Below are positions 37,897-44,915 of a DNA stretch of 44,915 nt, one piece after another. The DNA comes from a bacterium (GTDB lineage: Bacteria > Acidobacteriota > Blastocatellia > HR10). The notes below the pieces were generated by a model. It made no database searches. It worked only from the letters and a program-made list of their open reading frames with translations, and was not told the origin of the DNA. Position 1 is the first letter of the stretch; each line of letters opens with the position of its first letter. The stretch covers positions 1 to 44,915 of the forward strand of contig JBEPZV010000019.1 of assembly GCA_041640655.1 (NCBI GenBank), in the 5' to 3' direction. A program made the position numbers and the translations under genes.

Positions 37897-39681
37897 ATGA
37901 ATATCGGCGCATTGATGGGATTCTCGCTCTTGGCCCTGCTCGGAGGATACATCTTCTACGGGCGATTCGTGGCTCGCCTGGCGGGCATTGATCCGCAGCG
38001 TCCGACGCCTGCTGTGACTGTGAACGATGGCGTGGATTTCGTCCCCACGCGGGCGCCGGTCCTCTTCGGTCATCACTTCGCATCCATCGCCGCGGCCGGA
38101 CCGATCGTCGGACCGACGCTGGCCGTCATGTACGGCTTCCTGCCCGCGTGGCTATGGATCGTCGCCGGTGTGATCTTCATCGGAGCGGTCCACGACTTCA
38201 TCGCGCTTTTTGTGAGCGTGCGCGAGGGCGGACGCTCGGTCGCTGAGGTCGCTCGGCGAACGCTGGGGAAAGGCGGGTTCATCTTTTTCGTCACCTTCGC
38301 CATCCTGCTCTGCATCCTGGTCTCGGCAGCCTTCCTGCAACTGACGGCTGTAGCGCTGACCTCCCTCTATCCGGCGCGAGAACTGGGGCTCGCTCCTGAT
38401 CACTCGCTGATTAAGACGGTGGTCCGGGATGGAATTGCGTACGCGCAGATTGGAGGCATCGCCTCGACCTCCGTCGTCGTCATCACACTACTGGCTCCTG
38501 TTGTGGGTTGGTTGCTCTACAAGCGGCGCGTGCGCACGCGGTGGATGAGCGGGTTGGCCCTGCTGATCTGCGCCCTCTCGGTGTGGATCGGACTGCAGTA
38601 TCCGATCACCCTCGCGCCGATGGTGTGGATGCTCATCATCTGCGGATACGTCTTCATGGCCGCGTGGATCCCGGTTTGGCTCGTCCTTCAGCCGCGCGAC
38701 TTCGTGAACGTGCACCTCTTGTACATCGGCCTGGCCGCGATGGTCATCGGCCTGATCAGCGGCGGGTGGCACGGGGTGACCATGAGCGCGCCGATCGTGC
38801 ATCTGGGAAGCGAGAGCACGGCGGCGCTGGGGTGGGCCTGGCCCTTCCTCTTTGTGACGATCGCCTGCGGGGCGTGTTCAGGCGCGCACGCCCTCATCGC
38901 CGGTGGAACGACATGCAAGCAGTTGGCCTCCGAGCGAGATGCGCCGGTCATCGGCTACGGGGGGATGTTGCTGGAGGCCCTTCTGGGCATCTGCGTGACG
39001 CTGATTGTACTCGGCGGACTGAGCTTTGACGAGTACAAGGCGCTCGTCTGGCCCATGGATGAGACGGGGCATCTCAAGACGGGGAACGCGCCGCTGGCCT
39101 TCGCCGTGGCGGTCGGGAAGATGCTTCATGCCGGGTTGGGGCTTCCGCCCGTTTATGGGACGATCTTCGGCATCCTCATGCTGGAAGGGTTTCTTCTGAC
39201 GACCGTGGATACGCTCGTGCGCCTGACGCGCTATCTCTTCGAAGAGCTGTGGATGGCCGTGCTCCCGGACCCGCCGGCCCTGCTGCGAAATCGCATCGCG
39301 AATTCGGTGATCGCCTTGAGTGGCATCGCGCTCTTGACCTTCACCAACGCCTATCAAGCGATCTGGCCCATCTTCGGCTCGGCGAATCAGCTTCTGGCGG
39401 CCCTGACGCTCATCACGGCGACGGCCTGGCTCTTCAAACACGCGCGGGCGATCTGGTTCACGGCATTGCCCGCTGTCTTCATGATCGCGACGACGATGAC
39501 CTCGCTCGTTCTGCTGCTGCCCCGCTATGTGCGCACGGGGAGTTGGACACTCGCCGGCACGGACGTGCTGCTGCTGATTCTCGCCGCGGGGATGCTGACG
39601 GTCACCTGGCGGTATTTCCGATGGCGCGCGGCTTCGACCCGTCCCTCCTTGGAAGCGGAAGCGCCCGCTCTCGACCCGTGA
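37897..39681 (+). CDS. cstA: Carbon starvation protein A family transporter
   Basis: TPA...NDGVDFVPT, LFGHHFASIAAAGPIVGP, GAVHD, PVWLVLQPRD, FVTIACGACSG.H, IGYGGML.E, IWPIFGSANQLLA. Confidence 0.93.
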   Translation: MNIGALMGFSLLALLGGYIFYGRFVARLAGIDPQRPTPAVTVNDGVDFVPTRAPVLFGHHFASIAAAGPIVGPTLAVMYGFLPAWLWIVAGVIFIGAVHDFIALFVSVREGGRSVAEVARRTLGKGGFIFFVTFAILLCILVSAAFLQLTAVALTSLYPARELGLAPDHSLIKTVVRDGIAYAQIGGIASTSVVVITLLAPVVGWLLYKRRVRTRWMSGLALLICALSVWIGLQYPITLAPMVWMLIICGYVFMAAWIPVWLVLQPRDFVNVHLLYIGLAAMVIGLISGGWHGVTMSAPIVHLGSESTAALGWAWPFLFVTIACGACSGAHALIAGGTTCKQLASERDAPVIGYGGMLLEALLGICVTLIVLGGLSFDEYKALVWPMDETGHLKTGNAPLAFAVAVGKMLHAGLGLPPVYGTIFGILMLEGFLLTTVDTLVRLTRYLFEELWMAVLPDPPALLRNRIANSVIALSGIALLTFTNAYQAIWPIFGSANQLLAALTLITATAWLFKHARAIWFTALPAVFMIATTMTSLVLLLPRYVRTGSWTLAGTDVLLLILAAGMLTVTWRYFRWRAASTRPSLEAEAPALDP

Positions 39682-39702
39682 TCTTCGCGCGCGTGGGAGG
39701 GG

Positions 39703-40836
39703 ATGATGCCGAAAGCCGTCTTTCTCTACAGCGATGAGTTCGCCCGCTACGACTACGGCCTCACGCACCCGCTGAAGATGCGGCGTCTGCGTCTGGTCTA
39801 CGAGCTGCTGCACGCGTATGGAGTCTTCGCCGATCCCGACGTGGCGCTCATCGAGCCGAAACCAGCGCGCGAGGAAGACGCTCGCTCTTTTCACACCGAG
39901 GATTACCTGGCCGTCCTGCGCGCGCTGGACGAAGGGATCTACCCGAGCAATCCCTCTGCGTACGGCCTGGGACCGGGCGACAATCCGATCTTCCCCGGTC
40001 TCTATCGGTTGGCGCTATTGATCACCGGCTCTTCGCTCGAAGCCGCGCGGCTCGTGGATGCGCGGGAGACGCCCGTCGCCTTCAGCGTCGCCGGTGGTTT
40101 GCACCATGCGTTGCCCCATCGAGCCTCGGGCTTCTGTTATCTCGATGATCCGGTCATCGCGATCAAGTGGTTACTGGAACGCGGCCACCGCGTGGTGTAC
40201 GTGGACATTGACGCGCATCATGGGGATGGTGTGCAACTGGCCTTCTACGACACGGACCGCGTACTCACGATCTCGCTCCATGAGGATGGCCGTTTCCTCT
40301 TCCCCGGGACCGGATTCGTGGACGAGTTGGGCGAAGGGGCGGGCTACGGGTATTCGGTAAACGTCCCGCTCTATCCGGGCACGGATGATGAGACCTACGT
40401 GTGGGCGTTCGAGGAGATCGTCCCCCCGCTCATCGAGCTGTATCGGCCGGATGTGCTCGTCACCCAATTGGGCGTGGACAGCTTCGCGACCGATCCGTTG
40501 ACGGATTTGCGCCTGACGACGCACGGATATACGCGCGTCGTCGCGCGACTGAAGAGCTTCAGCCTCCCCTGGGTCGCCCTCGGGGGTGGGGGATACAACC
40601 TCTCCAATGTGGCGCGCGCGTGGACGCTCGCCTTCGCCATCATGTGTGGGATCGAATTGCCCGATGAGCTTCCGCCCGCTGCCCGTGACGCCCTTCGCCG
40701 CGAGGGGTTCGACGTCCGATACCTCCGCGATCCGGAACCGACGACCAGCTCCGATCCGCGCGTGCGCGAGCAGGCGGAGAAGAGCGTTCGCTACATTCAG
40801 GAGCACGTCCTTCGGCGATTGGCCGCGCGTTCATGA
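39703..40836 (+). CDS. acuC: Zn-dependent deacetylase, AcuC/HDAC family
   Basis: HPLKMRR, GDNPIF, GGLHHA...ASGFC, YVDIDAHHGDGVQ, SLHE, FPGTG, QLGVD...DPL, LGGGGY. Confidence 0.92.
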   Translation: MMPKAVFLYSDEFARYDYGLTHPLKMRRLRLVYELLHAYGVFADPDVALIEPKPAREEDARSFHTEDYLAVLRALDEGIYPSNPSAYGLGPGDNPIFPGLYRLALLITGSSLEAARLVDARETPVAFSVAGGLHHALPHRASGFCYLDDPVIAIKWLLERGHRVVYVDIDAHHGDGVQLAFYDTDRVLTISLHEDGRFLFPGTGFVDELGEGAGYGYSVNVPLYPGTDDETYVWAFEEIVPPLIELYRPDVLVTQLGVDSFATDPLTDLRLTTHGYTRVVARLKSFSLPWVALGGGGYNLSNVARAWTLAFAIMCGIELPDELPPAARDALRREGFDVRYLRDPEPTTSSDPRVREQAEKSVRYIQEHVLRRLAARS

Positions 40837-40842
40837 TCGGCC

Positions 40843-43401
40843 ATGAAGCGAACACCCGGCTCCCGAAGGAGTGTCCGGCAGGGGCGTCGAAGGTGGGGGA
40901 CGCTTCTCTTCGCCATCCCCTGCCTCTTGTGGTCTCCGGCGTGGGCGAAGGCGGGCGTTTCGGTTCCCCAAGCGCGATTGCTCATCACCGTCGTGGATGA
41001 CAACGGTCGGCCGATCGCCGGCGCTCGAGCGATGCTCGAGCACACGGAGACCGGAATCCTCCGCACGGGAGAGACGGATCACGTGGGCCGATGCGCCTTC
41101 CTCGATCTCCCTGCGGGAATGTACCGCCTGCGCGTCGAGAAGGAGCGCTTCTACACCGTCACCGTACCCGACGTTCGTCTCCCGGAGAACGAGGCGATGG
41201 AGATCGTGCTGCGCCGACAGCAGGAGCTCGTCGAGGTCATGGAGGTGACGCCCTCCTCCTCAGTCCTCGATCCCTGGCAGACGGCAGCGCGCGTGGAGCT
41301 GAGCGCTTCGGAGATCCTCACCCTTCCCACGCCGGTCATGCGCGATCTGCGATATGCGCTCGCGATGCTGCCGGGCGTCGTCCAAGATCCCTCCGGGAAT
41401 CTCCACATCGCGGGTTCGGCGACGTCGCAGACCCTCACGACGCTTGACGGCTTCACGATCACGCATCCGATCACGGGGCGGCTCGATCTGCGTGTGAGCG
41501 TGGATGCCGTCCGCGAGGTCAGCGTCCACCACAGCCGATACTCCACCGAATACGGACGGGGCTCCGGCGGCGTGCTCGAGCTGAGCACGGCGATGGGCGA
41601 CGATCGGTTCCGCTTCTCGGCGACCGATGTCCTTCCCTCTCTTCAGCACCGCAAGGGGATTCACCTGAACAACTGGACTCCGCGCGCGACAGTCTCCGGA
41701 CCGCTGCGGAAGAAGCGCGCGTGGTTTTATGAGGCCGCAGAGGGAGAGTATGATGTCGCGATCGTCGAGGAGCTGCCGCGCGGCGCGGATCGCAACCGAG
41801 CGTGGCGGTTGGGCAATCTCACGAAAGTGCAGGTGAACGCGAGCACGTCCCATCTGCTGACGCTCACGCTCCTCACCCATCGCTTTCGATCCCCCTACGA
41901 TGGGCTCTCACGGTTTGCCCCGCGCGAGACGACGCGCCGCGTGGGCCAGGGAGCGGATTTCTTCGCCTTGAAGGGACAGGCGTATCGCCCTGATGGACTC
42001 CTGCTCGAATACGGCGTGGGCCTGGCGCATTTTCGCGACGCCGAACATCCTCGAGGGGACGCTCCGTATCGCCTCTCCCCTGAGAGCTCGGGCGGCCACG
42101 CCTTCCGAACGGCAGACCGTCGAGCGCATCGGCTCCAGGGGATTCTGAACCTCACCCTGCCGAGCTTCTTCTGGCGCGGGCGGCATGAAGTGAAGATCGG
42201 GACAGAGTGGATCCATGTCGGCGCGCGGGAGCGCGTCCGGCGCCGCCCGCTCATCCTCGTCCGAGCGGATGGAACGCCCGTGCGAGCCGTGTCGTTCTCC
42301 CCCACTCCGGAGACGCGATTGACGAACGTGGAGCTGGCGTTCTACGGACAGAATCGGTGGGTCTTCGCCTCGCGCGGCGTGGTGGAGTTCGGACTCCGAT
42401 TTGATTGGGACTCGATGCATCGCACCGTCCGCTGGTCTCCTCGCGCTGCCGCGAGCTATCTCCTCACGGCGGATCGTCAGACGAAGCTCACAGGCGGTCT
42501 CGGCCTCTTCCACGACGCGACACCGCTGGACGTGGTCCTGCGATCACAGAGCGGACGACGGCACGATCTCTTCTACGCGAGGGATGGGCGCGCGGTGGAG
42601 GAGATCGTGGAGATCGCATTTCGCGCCGATGTGCGCGCGCTCGCCTCGCCCCGCACCTTCATCTGGAGCCTCGGCGTGGAGCGTCAACTCCCGGCCGGGT
42701 TTGTCCTCTCTCTCGAATTTCTCCAGAAGCGCGGTCATCACGGATGGGGGTATCTGCCCGCGCTTGACAGCGAGGGCGCGATGCCTGCGCGCTCGGATCC
42801 GCGAGAGCGCTCTGCGGTTTCGCCCGCCGTTGGCCCTCTGACGCGACATCAGGTTTTCGAGCTGCGCGATCACAAGCGCGATCGTTACGACGCGCTCCAG
42901 GCGACGCTCCGCTGGAACCTGCGGGAGACGCACCCACTGCTGGCTTCCTACGTTCGCTCCCGCGCGCGCTCAAACGCCGTGCTGGATTTCGCCCCGGATA
43001 TGCTCGTGTGGGGTGCGCAGGCCGGCGGGCCACTGCCGTGGGATACGCCCCATCGCTTTCTCCTCTGGGGATGGGCCCCGCTGCCGAAACGATTCACCCT
43101 GGCCTACACAGTGGAATGGCGCGATGGATACCCGTTCCTCGTCGTCAACGAAGCGCAGCGGCTGGTGGAACCGCCGCATCGGCGACGGCTCCCCACCTAC
43201 TTCTCTCTGAACCTTCACCTGGAGCGACGATTCCGATTCCTCGGCTTGTACTGGGCGTTGCGCGCGGGTCTCAACAATGTGACGAACCGTCCGAATCCCT
43301 CGACCGTGAACAACAATGTGGACTCACCGCATTTCCTCACCTGGGGGGGGATGGAACGGCGCGCGTTCGTGGGCCGCCTTCGGCTTCTTGGACGGAAGTG
43401 A
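40843..43401 (+). CDS. TonB-dependent receptor-like outer-membrane protein with N-terminal carboxypeptidase-regulatory-like domain
   Basis: Signal peptide; V.DD.G.PI.GA, TD..G, L..G.Y.L.V...F; plug-like LPGVV, LDGF, Y..EYGRGSGG; GLRFD, SPR; alternating beta-strands. Confidence 0.8.
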   Translation: MKRTPGSRRSVRQGRRRWGTLLFAIPCLLWSPAWAKAGVSVPQARLLITVVDDNGRPIAGARAMLEHTETGILRTGETDHVGRCAFLDLPAGMYRLRVEKERFYTVTVPDVRLPENEAMEIVLRRQQELVEVMEVTPSSSVLDPWQTAARVELSASEILTLPTPVMRDLRYALAMLPGVVQDPSGNLHIAGSATSQTLTTLDGFTITHPITGRLDLRVSVDAVREVSVHHSRYSTEYGRGSGGVLELSTAMGDDRFRFSATDVLPSLQHRKGIHLNNWTPRATVSGPLRKKRAWFYEAAEGEYDVAIVEELPRGADRNRAWRLGNLTKVQVNASTSHLLTLTLLTHRFRSPYDGLSRFAPRETTRRVGQGADFFALKGQAYRPDGLLLEYGVGLAHFRDAEHPRGDAPYRLSPESSGGHAFRTADRRAHRLQGILNLTLPSFFWRGRHEVKIGTEWIHVGARERVRRRPLILVRADGTPVRAVSFSPTPETRLTNVELAFYGQNRWVFASRGVVEFGLRFDWDSMHRTVRWSPRAAASYLLTADRQTKLTGGLGLFHDATPLDVVLRSQSGRRHDLFYARDGRAVEEIVEIAFRADVRALASPRTFIWSLGVERQLPAGFVLSLEFLQKRGHHGWGYLPALDSEGAMPARSDPRERSAVSPAVGPLTRHQVFELRDHKRDRYDALQATLRWNLRETHPLLASYVRSRARSNAVLDFAPDMLVWGAQAGGPLPWDTPHRFLLWGWAPLPKRFTLAYTVEWRDGYPFLVVNEAQRLVEPPHRRRLPTYFSLNLHLERRFRFLGLYWALRAGLNNVTNRPNPSTVNNNVDSPHFLTWGGMERRAFVGRLRLLGRK

Positions 43402-43449
43402 GATTCAAGAACGCGCGCCGCTCGGCAGGAGGTCCATCCCCCCTCTTTC

Positions 43450-43478
43450 TTGACATCCCGAGGGGGCACCCCTATACT
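43450..43478 (+). promoter_or_regulatory. Near-consensus sigma70 promoter for dnaJ
   Basis: TTGACA (43450-43455), 17 bp, TATACT (43473-43478). Confidence 0.75.
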
Positions 43479-43509
43479 CCCCTTCGGAAGCGCGAATGAG
43501 AGCGCGGCG

Positions 43510-44652
43510 ATGACGCGGCGAGATTACTACGAGATCCTCGGCGTGACACGGCGCGCGACGCGCGCGGAGATCACGCGGGCCTACAAGAGACTCGCGCGCA
43601 AATATCACCCCGAGCTGAACCCTGGCGATGAGGAGGCGCGACGGCGGTTCGAGGAGATCGCCGAAGCGTATGAGGTCTTGAGCGATCCGAAGAAGCGCGC
43701 ACTCTACGATCGCTACGGCTGGCGCCGGGACGAGATGCCGGAGGCGCAGGAGAAGAAGACGGCGGACATCATCTTCGAGGGGTTCGATTTCAGCGCAGAG
43801 GAGTCCTTCGGCGATTTCCTGGAGGAGCTGTTCGGTCCGCCCGAGCCCAAGCGCGCGAGGGCGCCTCAACGGGGGGCAGATTTGGAAGTCCCCGTCGCCT
43901 TGAGCTTCGAGCAGGCCCTGCGGGGGACGACCATCGTCGTGACCGTGGCGCGCAGCCAAACCTGCCCGCGCTGTGAGGGACGCGGCGAGATCGAAGGCCC
44001 AGTGGGCACGTGCTTCCGCTGCGGAGGAACAGGACGGCGACCGACCACACGCGGTCCGCTCCGCCTGAGCGTGCGATGCCAACAGTGTGAGGGAACGGGG
44101 CGAAGCGCGCCCATCTGCCCGGTCTGCCACGGAGAGACGCGCATCCCCGTGAAGGAATCCGTGGAGGTGAAGATCCCGGCGGGCGTGGATACGGGCTCGC
44201 GCGTCCGCGTCGAGGGCAAGGGTGAAGCTGGCCTCTACGGCGGCCCTCCCGGTGATCTCTACATCGTCCCCAACGTGCAAGCGCACCCATTCTTCGTCCG
44301 AAAGGGCGATAACATCTATTGCACCGTCCCGATCACGATCACCGAGGCCATCCTGGGGGCGAAGATCGAAGTCCCCACCCTATGGGGGAAAGCCACGCTG
44401 CGCATCCCACCGGGCACACAGTCGGGGCAGATTTTTCGACTCCGAGAACAAGGGGCGCCGAGCCTCCGCGGCGATGTCCGCGGAGATCAATACGTCGAGG
44501 TGAAGGTCGTCATCCCTCGACTCATTGACCAACGATCCCGGGAATTGATGCGCGAGTTCGAGCGCCTCAATCCCGAGAACCCGCGCGCCGAGCTGATGCA
44601 CCTGGCCGGACTGCTCGCTGAAGAGCCGCACGAGGCCGAGGCTCCGCATTGA
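43510..44652 (+). CDS. dnaJ: Class A J-domain chaperone DnaJ, HPE variant
   Basis: [31 protein letters not shown]; four zinc-finger repeats ([31 protein letters not shown]); [25 protein letters not shown]. Confidence 0.92.
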   Translation: MTRRDYYEILGVTRRATRAEITRAYKRLARKYHPELNPGDEEARRRFEEIAEAYEVLSDPKKRALYDRYGWRRDEMPEAQEKKTADIIFEGFDFSAEESFGDFLEELFGPPEPKRARAPQRGADLEVPVALSFEQALRGTTIVVTVARSQTCPRCEGRGEIEGPVGTCFRCGGTGRRPTTRGPLRLSVRCQQCEGTGRSAPICPVCHGETRIPVKESVEVKIPAGVDTGSRVRVEGKGEAGLYGGPPGDLYIVPNVQAHPFFVRKGDNIYCTVPITITEAILGAKIEVPTLWGKATLRIPPGTQSGQIFRLREQGAPSLRGDVRGDQYVEVKVVIPRLIDQRSRELMREFERLNPENPRAELMHLAGLLAEEPHEAEAPH

Positions 44653-44677
44653 CACGCATGCCGAGGTTCTGTACGCT
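44649..44677 (+). promoter_or_regulatory. sigma70 promoter for phoH; -35 overlaps the dnaJ stop
   Basis: TTGACA (44649-44654), 17 bp, TACGCT (44672-44677). Confidence 0.6.
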
Positions 44678-44726
44678 TAACTTCTCCGATGATGAGATCA
44701 CACCATAAGGAGGTGACACGAGAGCA

Positions 44727-44915
44727 TTGAAGAAGGTCGTCGTGGCGCCCAAGGGCCTTGAGCTTCTCTTCGGCCCGAACGACCAGAACATCAAGTTCCT
44801 AGAATCCGTCCTCAATGTTCGCGTGGACGCCCGTGGCGGTGATCTGATCATTCATGGAGCGGACGAAGACATCGAGGCTTTCGAACGCCTCCTGGATGAC
44901 TTCGCCACCCTCGTG
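44727..44915 (+). CDS. phoH: PhoH-family protein, 5' part only (N-terminal KH-like region)
   Basis: Not in the ORF track. TTG start after SD TAAGGAGGTG; MKKVVVAPKGLELLFGPNDQNIKFLESVLNVRVDARGGDLIIHG matches the LFG..D.N...LE....V....RG..L.I.G start of PhoH/YbeZ. Open to the window end. Confidence 0.75.
   Translation, partial: MKKVVVAPKGLELLFGPNDQNIKFLESVLNVRVDARGGDLIIHGADEDIEAFERLLDDFATLV

Overview
GC-rich bacterial chromosomal segment, densely coding, with about 46 CDS. I saw no rRNA, tRNA, CRISPR array, integrase or transposase. The gene set and protein features suggest Acidobacteriota, probably Blastocatellia-like (inference only). In order: a minus-strand operon hslV-hslU-Fn3 lipoprotein-FAH hydrolase-HOGA/DHDPS-like aldolase (last gene cut by the window edge); an LPS-core block (hypothetical, two GT9 heptosyltransferases, Trm112/YcaR-like protein, heptose-7-P kinase); an acyl-CoA dehydrogenase; M16 peptidase-WalJ-like-purB-purS-purQ-patatin; a small diheme cytochrome c-aldehyde dehydrogenase-ald; a lower-GC pair of uncharacterised exported proteins at 18.7-21.4 kb; the conserved ffh-rpsP-khpA-rimM-trmD-rplS run followed by rarA-thpR; an exported Cys/His protein and a PRTase; a minus-strand cluster of M50B peptidase, five GT4 genes and a Wzy/O-antigen-ligase-like gene; doxX-enoyl-CoA hydratase-cstA-acuC-TonB-dependent receptor; a DnaJ with HPE instead of HPD; and the 5' end of phoH. 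Many near-consensus sigma70 promoters are readable. The best candidate for an undescribed system is the 18.7-21.4 kb pair: an exported beta-rich protein with an 8-Cys tail plus a large helical-repeat partner, behind TTGACA and TATACT boxes separated by a GACA repeat that is exactly two units short of 17-bp spacing.
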